This document shows positions 18,307-28,339 of a stretch of 64,000 nucleotides of DNA, one piece after another. Source of the stretch: Propionibacteriaceae bacterium (GTDB lineage: Bacteria; Actinomycetota; Actinomycetes; Propionibacteriales; Propionibacteriaceae); assembly GCA_031261485.1 (NCBI GenBank), contig JAISJO010000100.1, forward strand, positions 4,491 to 68,490. The letters run 5' to 3'. The position numbers were made by a program, and so were the translations under genes. Within the stretch, counting starts at the first letter, position 1; the number at the start of each line of letters is the position of its first letter. Under the pieces are notes generated by a model. The model searched no databases and was not told the origin of the DNA. It saw only the letters and a list, made by a program, of their open reading frames with translations.

Positions 18307-19464
18307 ATGTCGCTGGTTTCGTCCCCGCTAGAGGGTGTACACAAGGCGTTGGGCGCGAAGTTCGCGCAGTTCGGTGGTTGGGAAATGCCTCTGGAGTATG
18401 CCGGGGTCCTGGCTGAGCACCAGGCCGTGCGAGAGCGTGTGGGAGTGTTCGATGTGTCCCATCTCGGAACGTTCCTTGTGGCGGGGTCGGGCGCGAAGGA
18501 CTGGTTGAACTCCCGACTCACCAATGACTTGGACCGCATTTCCGCAGGTCAGGCGCAGTACACCCTGCTGCTCGACGAGGCTGGTGGAGTCGTGGACGAC
18601 ATGATTGTGTACGTGTTTTCGCCTGACAAGGTCATGGTCATTCCCAATGCGTCCAACTCCGACGAAGTCATTGCTCGTCTGCGTGCTGGGGCTCCAGCGG
18701 ATTTGTCGTGGACTGACTTTCACCAACAGGCTGCCACTATCGCCGTCCAAGGACCACGCAGCGCCGATGTGCTCGCCGAAGTTGGTTTGCCGACTGACTT
18801 GGCGTACATGAGTTTTGCCGAGGTGGGCGAGTCCGATGGCCTCAAACAGACGGGACAAGAGGGACAAGAGGGACCGTCCCCTTTAGTCCCAATCCCGGAT
18901 GACGTGGCACTGACGGTGTGCCGAACCGGCTACACCGGCGAGAAAGGGTACGAAATCGTCGCGCCTGCTTCTCGCGCGGTCGAGTTGTGGGAGTCGCTCA
19001 TGCGAGCGGGGGAGAAGTATGGCATTGCTCCTTGCGGACTAGGGGCGAGGGACACTCTGCGCACAGAGATGGGCTACCCCCTCCACGGCAACGACCTGTC
19101 CCGGTCCATTTCGCCAGTCGAGGCCAGAGTGGGATGGGCAGTCGGGTGGAAGAAGGAGCACTTCGATGGTGATGGGCCAGCCCGAGCACTCAAGGCTTCA
19201 GGCCCATCGCGGGTGCTCTTGGGTATTCGCGCTTGTGGGCGGGGGATTCCGCGCCATGGCATGTCGGTGGTGGACGATCAAGGGGCAACCGTCGGCGAGG
19301 TGACTTCCGGCACTTTCTCTCCGACCCTCAAGGTCGGCGTCGGACTGGCCTTCCTGCCTGCGGAAACGAAGGTTGGCGACGAAGTCCTGGTTCAGATTCG
19401 CAATCGCACCGAGGCATTCGAGGTGGTCAAGCCGCCCTTTGTCGCCTCCCATGTCACCGACTAG
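18307..19464 (+). CDS. gcvT: glycine cleavage system aminomethyltransferase T
   Basis: SPLEGVHKALGAKFAQFGGWEMPLEY, GVFDVSHLG, RTGYTGEKGYEI and GARDTLRTEMGYPLHGNDL match GcvT. I chose the ATG at 18307 because the upstream part of the ORF overlaps sucB. Confidence 0.88.
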   Translation: MSLVSSPLEGVHKALGAKFAQFGGWEMPLEYAGVLAEHQAVRERVGVFDVSHLGTFLVAGSGAKDWLNSRLTNDLDRISAGQAQYTLLLDEAGGVVDDMIVYVFSPDKVMVIPNASNSDEVIARLRAGAPADLSWTDFHQQAATIAVQGPRSADVLAEVGLPTDLAYMSFAEVGESDGLKQTGQEGQEGPSPLVPIPDDVALTVCRTGYTGEKGYEIVAPASRAVELWESLMRAGEKYGIAPCGLGARDTLRTEMGYPLHGNDLSRSISPVEARVGWAVGWKKEHFDGDGPARALKASGPSRVLLGIRACGRGIPRHGMSVVDDQGATVGEVTSGTFSPTLKVGVGLAFLPAETKVGDEVLVQIRNRTEAFEVVKPPFVASHVTD

Positions 19465-19468
19465 GGAC

Positions 19469-19528
19469 GTGCTGGTTAGCCAGTGGTTCCCTGGGGAAGT
19501 GCTGATTCGCCAGCGGTTCGCTAGAGCC
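19469..19528. repeat. 30-bp imperfect tandem repeat x2 between gcvT and the convergent small ORF
   Basis: The two units are gtgctggttagccagtggttccctggggaa and gtgctgattcgccagcggttcgctagagcc. Confidence 0.7.
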
Positions 19529-19730
19529 CGGCCTCTTCGTCGAGGGCCATCGTGTACACGGCCTGGTCGCCATCGAGGAGGGTCAACTCGTGGACGTCTT
19601 CGGCGAGCAGGTCTTCGTAGGCGCCTGTCAGCCAGGATTCAGCGTCTTCGCGTGACTCCCAACCCAAGGACATGTCCTCGGCCAAGTCACGGTTCGTCAG
19701 GTCGGCGGGAGGCTGCCAGAACCAGGTCAT
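19521..19730 (-). CDS. small acidic hypothetical protein (69 aa)
   Basis: ORF with an ATG start, 9 nt downstream of the DUF3043 gene on the same strand. No family recognised. Confidence 0.45.
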   Translation of the reverse strand: MTWFWQPPADLTNRDLAEDMSLGWESREDAESWLTGAYEDLLAEDVHELTLLDGDQAVYTMALDEEAGL

Positions 19731-19739
19731 CGCTGCTGC

Positions 19740-20408
19740 CTACTTCGTTGTTTCAGTCTTGGTCTTGGTCGCTTCAGGCTTGGTCTTCTCGGCCTTAGGC
19801 TTCACCGGATCGGGCTCGGGCACATTGGGCCACATCCACGGCGAACCCCTCTTGACGCGCGGGGATGGCTGGCGGGAGCGTCGCATGAGGTACGTGCGGG
19901 CAATCGCATACCCCAACTTGCCCTTCAGCGACCCATTGGGGAAGAACTTCAGGAGTTGTTTCCTGCATCCACGCCACATGATGAAGGAGTCCAAGGCAAA
20001 GAGCAAGACTAGTGCGTACACAGCGTACATGCCCACTGCCATGGCCGGAGGCCACCAGTATGCACTCACGACAAGGGAGAACACGAGGGAAATCAACATG
20101 ACGGGCAGTAGGAACTCCCCGACGTTCCAGCGCCGATCCACCCAGTCGCGGATAAGCGTGTTGGCTGGCAGAGCATGAGTCTTGGTCAGAGCTTCGTCGC
20201 GGGCTTTGTTCTTGGCGTCGCGCTCTCTGGCCTTGGCTTGCTTCGGAGTGAGCGTGGGCGATATACGTTGCCGTCTGGCCTCCTCGGCCTGTCTGCGCGT
20301 GGGTGTGGCGATGGCCTTCTTCTGCGGGCCTCTGCTCGCCTGCCCGATTTCCGCGCTCGGATACTCGGGTGTCGCCTTCTGCGTGGGTTCGGGTTTCGTC
20401 GCTGCCAC
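19740..20408 (-). CDS. DUF3043 family membrane protein
   Basis: A basic N-terminus (PTRRQAEEARRQRISPTLTPKQAKARERD) is followed by RDWVDRRWNVGEFLLPVML and TM spans, typical of DUF3043. Confidence 0.75.
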   Translation of the reverse strand: MAATKPEPTQKATPEYPSAEIGQASRGPQKKAIATPTRRQAEEARRQRISPTLTPKQAKARERDAKNKARDEALTKTHALPANTLIRDWVDRRWNVGEFLLPVMLISLVFSLVVSAYWWPPAMAVGMYAVYALVLLFALDSFIMWRGCRKQLLKFFPNGSLKGKLGYAIARTYLMRRSRQPSPRVKRGSPWMWPNVPEPDPVKPKAEKTKPEATKTKTETTK

Positions 20409-20520
20409 GGTGCCTCCTGGTCTGTTCTCGGTTCATTCTACTGTGGTGACGGACGCTGTCCTGCCGCACCCCATGCGGGCAATAGTAGGCGAGCGCACAA
20501 CGCATGGGTAGGGTGGTCCC

Positions 20521-20937
20521 GTGATTCTTCTGCTCAGCCATGTACAGACCCCCGCAGGTCGGGAGGTCGTGGAGTGGGCCGCTCAAGGACTCTCGGGGTC
20601 GTCGAACACGGTGGAGTCGGTGGATTTGGACGTGGTCTTCGCCGAGGCGACTGGACTCATTACCCGAGCTCCAGCAGTGCGGGAATTGCGGGAGCGTTTC
20701 AGGGGTGCGGACTTGGTGGTGTACGTCGGAGACCAGGTCATTTTCGCCGATGGCGGCGGGGTCCACTTGAGACAAGTGAGCACCTGGGCCGAGGAGGCGG
20801 CGGTCCCCGTCGTGGCCCTGGCGCCGCACATCGAGATTTCCACCCGAGAGTTACGTACCCTCGGAGTCGAGGCTGGGTATGGAGTGAGTTCGCCCGCCGA
20901 CGTCGCTGCGGTTGTACAGACGTGGTTGCCCGCCTGA
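20521..20937 (+). CDS. hypothetical protein resembling only the C-terminal part of glycerate kinase
   Basis: GADLVVYVGDQVIFADGGG...AAVPVVALAPHIE...LRTLGVEAGY resembles the GlxK C-terminus (ADLVITGEG...GVPVVALAG). It is 138 aa versus about 375 aa for a full enzyme and uses a GTG start. Confidence 0.4.
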   Translation: MILLLSHVQTPAGREVVEWAAQGLSGSSNTVESVDLDVVFAEATGLITRAPAVRELRERFRGADLVVYVGDQVIFADGGGVHLRQVSTWAEEAAVPVVALAPHIEISTRELRTLGVEAGYGVSSPADVAAVVQTWLPA

Positions 20938-20987
20938 CCTCAGAAAATGTCGTACCCTCGTTATAGGTTGTACGCAAGGAGGCGTAT

Positions 20988-23522
20988 ATGTCTGGGAAGC
21001 GGAAAATACTCATCGGGGTGCTGGTGTGCGCCTTGGTCATTGCCGGGGGCATCGTTTTCGTTCTGGAGAGCCAGAGCCGACATGAGCCCAAGCCTCCTAG
21101 GGTCCCATCGGAATACACCCTCGCCGGGACCTTCCAGGACGAATTGGGGTGCGCCGAGGACTGGATGACCACCTGCCCCAACACTGGGCTTGTGAAGGAT
21201 GAGGCGACCGGGTTGTGGAAGGCGACTCTGAGCATTCCGCAGGGAACATGGGAGTTCAAGATCGTCCACGGCTCGACCTGGGACGATTCGTTCGGGAAGG
21301 ACGGCGGGTCGGACAATATCCCACTCTCGCTTGCGGGCTACACGCCGGTGACCTTTGTCTACGATCCAGTCGCGCGGCAACTTGGCTTTACTCTTTCTGA
21401 CACACGTGGGGGATATGAGAAGGCCGACAAGACCCTCATCGCTGACCCCGCTGTGGACCCCGGCGCGGGCAATGTCTTTTACTTCGTCATGACTGACCGG
21501 TTTGCCGACTCCGACCCAAGCAACAACACCGCCTTCATTTCCTCGACAGGGGCTCTGACAAGCTCAGACGACCCTGAAGTCTCGGGGCACAAGCCGACTG
21601 ACTCCGGCTATTACCTGGGCGGCGACATCCAGGGAATCATCGACAAATTGGACTACATCCAAGGTTTGGGGACAACTGCGATTTGGTTGACCCCACCCTT
21701 CGTGAACAACCCTGTGCAATCCGGATCGGCGGGATACCACGGCTACTGGATCACCGATTTCACCCAGATCGACCCACACCTTGGCGGTGACAAGGCCATG
21801 AAGGCGCTCATCAAAGCAGCCCACGACAAGGGCATGAAGGTCTTCTTCGACATCATCTGCAATCACACGGCTGACCTCATCTCTTATGAAGGCGACGATT
21901 TCGCTCCCTACGTGACGCAAGCCCAGAAACCGTACACCGACGCGGCAGGAGCCCCATTCGACCCGGCGACCTATGCTGCCGGGACCGCTGGTCCGTTCCC
22001 CATCCTCGACGCGGCAACCTCATTCCCCTACGTGCCCTATCGCCCGGCAGGCAAACCAGCCTTGGTTCCCGACGCCCTGTCCGATGTGACGCTGTACCAC
22101 AACAGGGGCGACATCATGAATTGGGACAACCAAGAGCAGGCTCAGGACGGCGACTTTTCGGGCCTGGACGATCTGATGACGGAGAACCCTGCTGTGGTCG
22201 ATCTCATGGTGGACATTTACACCGCGTGGATGGGTTGGGGAGTCGACGGATACCGCATCGACACGGTCAAACACGTCAACATGGAGTTCTGGACTCAGTT
22301 CACCGCTGCCATTTCTGCTTATCAGGCGTCGGGCGCGGCGGGGGTGAATCGGGACTTCTTCATGTTCGGCGAGGTCTATTCCGGCGACGTCGCCAATGCG
22401 ACCAGCCCGTACTTCCACTCCACCGACATGAACTCCCTTCTGGACTTCCCCTTCGCCCTGGGTGTGCGCGGCTATCTCGGCGGAGGCAGCGCCGATGATC
22501 TGTCCCGGCTCTACGCCGCCGACGATTACTACATCACGGGCCACTCTGACCCTTCCGACTTGGTGACCTTCTTGGGCAACCATGACATGGGCCGCATCGG
22601 CTGGATACTGGCGGATCAGCGCGTGGACAATCCGGAGGCCCGTCTCGGGCTGGCCAACGACCTGCTCTATCTCACACGAGGACAACCGGTCGTTTACTAC
22701 GGCGACGAGCAGGGGATACTCGGAACAGGCGGAGATAAGGCGGCGCGGCAGCCTCTGTTCCCCACGCAAGTCCGGGAGTACCAGGATTCGCCGCTGGCCG
22801 ACGGGTCGACACTGGGAATCAGCGACCATTATTCGACGACGACCGCGCAGTATGAGCAGTTGGCCACCTTGGCCGCCTTGCGACTGGACCACCCAGCCTT
22901 GGCCACGGGGGCCCAGGTCGAATTGGCGGTCTCGGGCCCGGTGTACGCCTTCTCGCGCGTGGACCCAAGCGAGAAAGTGGAAATTGTTGTAGCGCTCAAC
23001 TCGTCGACTGAGGCGATGACTGTGGACCTGACCACGTTGACCCAGTCAGCCACCTACACAACTCTCTACCAATCGGGTTCTGGTTCCAGTATTGGCTCTC
23101 TCACTTCGGATGACGCGGCCAATCTGGAAGTCACTGTGCCAGCGTTGGGAGCCATCGTCCTTCAGGCGAACAAGCAGGTCAGCGCGCCCTCGGTTCCCCT
23201 GACCGACGGCGAGACCGGTTCGTTCACCATTTCGGCGGGCGGCAACAATGAGACTCGCGTGGAGGGTATGGCGGCCATCACAGCCACCGCTCCTGACCTG
23301 GTCTGGAGTCAGACGACCTTCTGGGTGAGGCAGGCTGGCGATGACGAGTGGACTCTGCTCGGGACCGACACTGGGGCGAATCCCAGAGTCTTCGACGACA
23401 CGGCGAGATATCCTGCTGGCGCCCTGCTGGAATACCGAGCGGTCAACGTCGATGCGGCAGGCCATGTGGTCGCGGCCTCTCAAGTGGCGGGAGTGGGGAT
23501 GTACGCGGCGGTGCCGAAGTAG
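20988..23522 (+). CDS. secreted or membrane-anchored GH13 alpha-amylase family glycosidase with an N-terminal carbohydrate-binding module
   Basis: An N-terminal TM/signal segment is followed by a CBM-like stretch (GTFQDELGC...GTWEFKIVHGSTWDDSFG). GH13 regions are GYHGYWITDF, FFDIICNHT, GYRIDTVKHV, FGEVY and FLGNHDMGR. Confidence 0.88.
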   Translation: MSGKRKILIGVLVCALVIAGGIVFVLESQSRHEPKPPRVPSEYTLAGTFQDELGCAEDWMTTCPNTGLVKDEATGLWKATLSIPQGTWEFKIVHGSTWDDSFGKDGGSDNIPLSLAGYTPVTFVYDPVARQLGFTLSDTRGGYEKADKTLIADPAVDPGAGNVFYFVMTDRFADSDPSNNTAFISSTGALTSSDDPEVSGHKPTDSGYYLGGDIQGIIDKLDYIQGLGTTAIWLTPPFVNNPVQSGSAGYHGYWITDFTQIDPHLGGDKAMKALIKAAHDKGMKVFFDIICNHTADLISYEGDDFAPYVTQAQKPYTDAAGAPFDPATYAAGTAGPFPILDAATSFPYVPYRPAGKPALVPDALSDVTLYHNRGDIMNWDNQEQAQDGDFSGLDDLMTENPAVVDLMVDIYTAWMGWGVDGYRIDTVKHVNMEFWTQFTAAISAYQASGAAGVNRDFFMFGEVYSGDVANATSPYFHSTDMNSLLDFPFALGVRGYLGGGSADDLSRLYAADDYYITGHSDPSDLVTFLGNHDMGRIGWILADQRVDNPEARLGLANDLLYLTRGQPVVYYGDEQGILGTGGDKAARQPLFPTQVREYQDSPLADGSTLGISDHYSTTTAQYEQLATLAALRLDHPALATGAQVELAVSGPVYAFSRVDPSEKVEIVVALNSSTEAMTVDLTTLTQSATYTTLYQSGSGSSIGSLTSDDAANLEVTVPALGAIVLQANKQVSAPSVPLTDGETGSFTISAGGNNETRVEGMAAITATAPDLVWSQTTFWVRQAGDDEWTLLGTDTGANPRVFDDTARYPAGALLEYRAVNVDAAGHVVAASQVAGVGMYAAVPK

Positions 23523-23597
23523 GGGGGCAAGGCGATTCGTGCGTTCGGGATGACTGCGGGCCCAATTCGGGAAACGCTGGTCATTGATCAAGTTCTC

Positions 23598-23627
23598 CGT
23601 CATTCTGCGACTTCGCGCAGAATGACG
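23598..23627. repeat. REP-like palindrome, copy a (CGTCATTCTGCG-N6-CGCAGAATGACG)
   Basis: A perfect 12-bp stem lies 76 nt after the amylase stop. Confidence 0.85.
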
Positions 23628-23695
23628 ATAGACGTTGATGAGTGGTTCCTTGGAGTGTCCAACTGGAGGTGCCGACGGCCTAGTAGAATAGGGGC

Positions 23696-24217
23696 GTGCC
23701 CGAGGAACTGATTGTTGGTTTCAACCCCATGGCTGCGACGCAGCGGGTTGCGTCTTGTGCGTCCATGATTCGTTCGCGCCTGATGTGGCTTCTGGTTTCC
23801 GTGGTGATTTGCGTGTGGATTTACATCTGGAAACGCGACTCGTTGACCGGTGTAACGGTCGTTGCGCTCTTCGCTGCGGGCATTGGGTACTCCGTCTTGT
23901 GGGTTGTCATCTCGCTGGTTTCCTGGATTCGGGCCAAGGCGGCTCTGGGGGACATCACGCCAGGGGTGGCCACGAAGATTGACCGCAACGGCATCTGGAT
24001 GCAGTCGGTGTCTTTGCCGTGGTCGGGCATCGACAAGATTGTCGCCCAATCGGGGCGTTTCGGGCGTCCCGCCACTATTCGCGTGTACAACCAAGTCGGT
24101 GAGGCCGCACGTGTGCCCATCAATGTCTTGGACGTCATGCCCGGAACCATCGACGCTTCCATCCGTGCCTTCTCCAACGGCGCCCACTGGATCGACACGT
24201 CCAAACTCGGCAACTGA
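23696..24217 (+). CDS. hypothetical membrane protein (2 TM plus a small soluble domain)
   Basis: ORF with two hydrophobic spans. No family recognised. GTG start, with an alternative ATG at 23729. Confidence 0.45.
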   Translation: MPEELIVGFNPMAATQRVASCASMIRSRLMWLLVSVVICVWIYIWKRDSLTGVTVVALFAAGIGYSVLWVVISLVSWIRAKAALGDITPGVATKIDRNGIWMQSVSLPWSGIDKIVAQSGRFGRPATIRVYNQVGEAARVPINVLDVMPGTIDASIRAFSNGAHWIDTSKLGN

Positions 24218-24368
24218 GGAACTACACTTGTCACGAAGGGCAGTGTCCAGGTTCTGAACGCTCACACGACCGGTCTTGGACCCATATTCCCCTGCGACAT
24301 CACCGGGCTTTGAGCGCGTAGAATAACGTCAGGCCGATTCGGCCAATGTCATATACAGGAGAATATCA

Positions 24369-25394
24369 ATGCCTATTGCAAACCCTGAGGTTTACGCCGA
24401 AATGATCAAGCGGGCCAAGGAAGGTTCCTATGCCTATCCCGCCATCAACATCACCTCATCCCAGACCCTCAACGCCGCCATTGCCGGTTTTGTGGCCGCA
24501 GGCTCTGACGGCATCGTGCAGGTCTCGACGGGTGGAGCGGAATACGCCTCGGGTCCCACCATCAAGAACATGGTGTCCGGCGCGGTGGCTCTGGCCGAGT
24601 ACGCCCATGTCGTCGCCAAGAACTGCCCGGTCAACATCGCCCTTCACACCGACCATTGCCCCAAGGACAAGCTGGAAGGCTACGTCCGTCCGCTGCTCGC
24701 CATCTCCGCCGAGCGCGTGAAGAAGGGCCAAGACCCGCTGTTCGGCTCCCACATGTGGGATGGTTCGGCTGTCGGCACGAAGGAAAACCTCCAGATCGCC
24801 CAGGAACTCATCAAGCTCACGGCGGCCAATCACCAGATTCTCGAAATTGAGGTCGGCGTGGTCGGCGGCGAAGAAGATGGCGTCTCCGCTGAGATCAACG
24901 AGAAGTTGTACACCACGGTCGAGGATGGCCTGGCCACCGTTGAGGCCCTCGGCCTCGGGGAGAACGGTCCTTACATCACAGCGCTGACATTCGGCAATGT
25001 GCATGGCGTGTACAAGCCCGGTTCGGTCAAACTCCGCCCGGCAGTCCTCAAGGAGATTCAGGACGCAGTCGGCGCGAAATATGGCGTTGACAAGCCCTTT
25101 GCCTTGGTCTTCCACGGCGGCTCCGGCTCGACGGCACAGGAGATCTCCGACGCGGTGGATTACGGCGTCATCAAGATGAACATCGACACCGACGCTCAGT
25201 ACACCTTCACTCGTCCGGTCGTGGAGCACATGTTCCGCAACTACGACGGGGTGCTCAAGGTCGATGGCGAGGTTGGCAACAAGAAGATGTACGACCCGCG
25301 CGCATGGGGCAAGGCTGCTGAGGCTGGCATGGCTGCTCGTGTCGTGGAAGCTGCCGAGCAACTGCGTTCAGCGGGCAAGCATTTCGACGCCTGA
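24369..25394 (+). CDS. fbaA: class II fructose-bisphosphate aldolase
   Basis: YAYPAINITSSQTLNA, LHTDHCP, HMWDGS and FVFHGGSGS-like (LVFHGGSGST) are class II FBA signatures. An AGGAGA RBS is present. Confidence 0.92.
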   Translation: MPIANPEVYAEMIKRAKEGSYAYPAINITSSQTLNAAIAGFVAAGSDGIVQVSTGGAEYASGPTIKNMVSGAVALAEYAHVVAKNCPVNIALHTDHCPKDKLEGYVRPLLAISAERVKKGQDPLFGSHMWDGSAVGTKENLQIAQELIKLTAANHQILEIEVGVVGGEEDGVSAEINEKLYTTVEDGLATVEALGLGENGPYITALTFGNVHGVYKPGSVKLRPAVLKEIQDAVGAKYGVDKPFALVFHGGSGSTAQEISDAVDYGVIKMNIDTDAQYTFTRPVVEHMFRNYDGVLKVDGEVGNKKMYDPRAWGKAAEAGMAARVVEAAEQLRSAGKHFDA

Positions 25395-25455
25395 CATCGA
25401 AAGAAAAGCACAACGGGCTGGATATCCTTGGGAATCATTGACAGTTGTCCTGCAT

Positions 25456-25483
25456 CGTCATTCTGCGCGTAGTCGCAGAATCC
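25456..25483. repeat. REP-like palindrome, copy b (degenerate)
   Basis: cgtcattctgcg-cgtagt-cgcagaatcc forms an 8-bp stem downstream of fbaA. Confidence 0.7.
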
Positions 25484-25639
25484 AGATGTGGTTCGTGTGG
25501 TCCTGTGACTACGCGCAAGGATGACACGAGGTCATGATTTCAGGGTTGTTCAAAATCGCTGGAAGGGCACCTCTCTTGGGGTGCCCTTTCGCATTGTGAG
25601 CGAGTTGCCAGATGTTGCCGCGACGACTAGGGTAGTGGC

Positions 25640-26677
25640 GTGGATGTTGCACATGTTGAACCCGATGACGACCGGCCCGTCACCATTTACGAGGTCGCGG
25701 CTGCCGCAGGCGTGAGCCCTTCGACTGTGTCGCGCACCTTCTCTCGTCCAGGTCGAGTGTCCGTGCGTACAGCCGACCATGTGCGAGCCGTGGCCGCCGA
25801 GATGGGATACCGCGAGGACGCGATCTTCCGCCCCCTCACCCAGGGCCGCAACCGCACCATCGGCATTGCCATTTCCGACGTGACGAACCCTTTCTACTTT
25901 GGCATTCTGCGCGGAGCGGAAGCACAGGCAATGAAGTCGGATTACACGGTCCTGCTTGTGGACGCCCAAGAGTCCGGCACGCGAGAACGCCACAACCTTG
26001 ACCGTTTGTTGCCGCATGTGGATGGACTGATTGTCGCGTCGTCGCGCATGTCCGACACGGTCCTTCGTTCTGTCGCCAAGTCGCATCCGGTCGTCGTTCT
26101 GAACAGATACGTGGGGGGCTTGCCGTCCGTGGTGCCCGACACGAGCCACGGCATGAAACAGGCCATTGCGCATTTGCTGCAACTGGGTCACACCACCGTG
26201 CATTACCTCGCTGGCCCTGATGCTTCCTGGATTTCCGGCATGCGCTGGCTGGCTGTGCGCGCCGCCGCCCAGTCGATGGGATTCACCGCCCATCGCATCG
26301 GCCCGGTCGTGCCCACGGTCGAGGGTGGCGTTTCCGCCGCCAACCAGATCATCGCCCGTCGCGCGACCGCGGTCATCTGCTACAACGACCTGACCGCCAT
26401 GGGGTTGATGAGGGCGCTGGCCCGCAAAGGGGTCTCCACGCCAGGCGATGTCTCGGTCATCGGATGCGACAACATCTTTTCGTCTGACCTTGTCACACCG
26501 CCTCTGACGACAATTGCCGCACCCATGGGTGTGCTCGGGGACACCGCCGTGAAAAACATTGTCGCTATGTTGGGCGGTGCGAAGCCTCAGCTTGCCGCGC
26601 CCATCACGGTGCCGGTCAAACTCATCGTGCGCAACTCGACCGGACCCTGCCACGGTTTCAGGGACACGGCGGAGTAA
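25640..26677 (+). CDS. LacI family transcriptional regulator
   Basis: The HTH VTIYEVAAAAGVSPSTVSRTFS is followed by a periplasmic-binding-fold core (VICYNDLTAMGLMRAL..VSVIGCDN). Confidence 0.88.
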   Translation: MDVAHVEPDDDRPVTIYEVAAAAGVSPSTVSRTFSRPGRVSVRTADHVRAVAAEMGYREDAIFRPLTQGRNRTIGIAISDVTNPFYFGILRGAEAQAMKSDYTVLLVDAQESGTRERHNLDRLLPHVDGLIVASSRMSDTVLRSVAKSHPVVVLNRYVGGLPSVVPDTSHGMKQAIAHLLQLGHTTVHYLAGPDASWISGMRWLAVRAAAQSMGFTAHRIGPVVPTVEGGVSAANQIIARRATAVICYNDLTAMGLMRALARKGVSTPGDVSVIGCDNIFSSDLVTPPLTTIAAPMGVLGDTAVKNIVAMLGGAKPQLAAPITVPVKLIVRNSTGPCHGFRDTAE

Positions 26678-26837
26678 AGCCGCCGCGAAACCTCCGGACC
26701 AAGTCGGCACAGAGCCGCAGATGCGGGTCGTTGTCGGACCGGGTTGAGGTGTAAACCGCTGAAACACCATGCAAGACTGACCTGTGGGCCGTGTGAGACC
26801 GAGAGAATGGTAAGTGTTCCCCACCTCAAGGAGTGAA

Positions 26838-28280
26838 ATGTCCCCGCTTCCCGGTTCCGCACAGATCGGCGTCATCGGCATGGCCGTCATGGGTTCCAAC
26901 CTGGCGCGCAACCTCGCCCATCACGGTTACCACGTCGCCATTTACAATCGGACGACGGCCAAGACCCTCGAAGTCGCGGCTGAGTTCCCCGAAGAAGGGT
27001 TCATCGTTGCCGAGGACCTGGAGAGTTTCGTTGCTTCCCTGGAGAAGCCCCGGCGGATGATTCTCATGGTCAAGGCAGGCGCGCCGACAGACGCGACCAT
27101 CGACCAACTCATTCCGCTCCTGGAACCCGGCGACATCGTGGTGGACGGTGGCAACTCCTTCTTCCAAGACACCCGGCGCCGCGAAGCCAAGTTGCGCGAA
27201 GTCGGCCTGCACTTTGTCGGCACAGGCATCTCCGGTGGCGAAGTGGGCGCCTTGGAAGGCCCCGCCATCATGCCCGGTGGGTCGCAACACTCTTACGACT
27301 ACGTGGGCAAGATATTGGAGGACATTTCCGCGAAGTATGAAGGTGAGCCCTGCTGCGCGTACATCGGCACAGACGGCGCGGGCCACTTCGTGAAGATGGT
27401 CCACAACGGTATCGAGTATGCGGACATGCAGTTCATCGGCGAGGCCTACGAACTGCTCAAGAGCGCGGGATTCGCAGCGGCGGAAATGGCGGATATCTTC
27501 GCCACATGGAACACTGGCGACCTGGATTCCTACCTCATCGAAATCACGTCCGAGGTCCTGCGCCAAGTCGACGCCAAGACCGGCAGGCCGTTGGTGGACA
27601 TCGTGGTGGACGCTGCCGGCATGAAGGGCACCGGGACGTGGACTGTCCAAGAAGCCTTGTCACTTGGGGTCCCTGCTGCAGCTATTGCCGAGTCGGTCTT
27701 CGCCCGGGCGACCTCCTCAACTCCCGACTTGCGCGAGGCAGGAGTCAAGGCACTAGCCGGGCCTGATGGCCAGGTCAAGGTGGAGGACCGTGCCCAGTTC
27801 GTGGACGACATCCGACAAGCACTGTGGGCGTCCAAGGTCGTCGCCTACGCCCAAGGTTTGCATGAAATCAAGGTCGCAGCGGCTGACTATGGCTGGGATA
27901 TCGACGTGGCATCAGTGGCGCGCATCTGGCGGGCGGGGTGCATCATCCGCGCCAAACTGCTGGACCGCATCGCCAATGAGTACGCAGCCAATAACCTTGT
28001 TACGTTGTTGGAAGCCCCCTCTATTGCGGAGGAATTGGGCAAGAGCCAAGACGCATGGCGCCGGGTCATTTCGGCGGCGGTCGAGGCGGGTGTCCCAGTT
28101 CCAGGCTTTTCCTCGGCCCTGTCGTACTACGACCAGGTACGTGCCCCGCGAGTCAATGCCGCCCTCACGCAGGGCTTGCGGGACTTCTTCGGCGCCCACA
28201 CCTATCGCCGTATCGATGAGCCCGGCAGTTTCCATACCTTGTGGAGCGGCGACCGCTCTGAGATCAAGACTTCTGACTGA
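26838..28280 (+). CDS. gnd: 6-phosphogluconate dehydrogenase (decarboxylating)
   Basis: IGVIGMAVMGSNLARN, GTGISGGEVGALEGPAIMPGG, HFVKMVHNGIEYADMQ and RDFFGAHTY match Gnd. The ATG at 26838 follows GGAG. Confidence 0.92.
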   Translation: MSPLPGSAQIGVIGMAVMGSNLARNLAHHGYHVAIYNRTTAKTLEVAAEFPEEGFIVAEDLESFVASLEKPRRMILMVKAGAPTDATIDQLIPLLEPGDIVVDGGNSFFQDTRRREAKLREVGLHFVGTGISGGEVGALEGPAIMPGGSQHSYDYVGKILEDISAKYEGEPCCAYIGTDGAGHFVKMVHNGIEYADMQFIGEAYELLKSAGFAAAEMADIFATWNTGDLDSYLIEITSEVLRQVDAKTGRPLVDIVVDAAGMKGTGTWTVQEALSLGVPAAAIAESVFARATSSTPDLREAGVKALAGPDGQVKVEDRAQFVDDIRQALWASKVVAYAQGLHEIKVAAADYGWDIDVASVARIWRAGCIIRAKLLDRIANEYAANNLVTLLEAPSIAEELGKSQDAWRRVISAAVEAGVPVPGFSSALSYYDQVRAPRVNAALTQGLRDFFGAHTYRRIDEPGSFHTLWSGDRSEIKTSD

Positions 28281-28339
28281 CGGCAAGCAAGGGCAGCAGC
28301 GATGAATGAGCAGGGTCGGCGTGTCGGAGTGAGGCGCTC

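Noticed and set aside
25550-26911. 453-aa minus-strand ORF
   Set aside because: It lies antisense to the clearly recognisable LacI regulator and the start of gnd. It is Arg/Gly/His-rich with no motifs, which is a typical high-GC shadow ORF.
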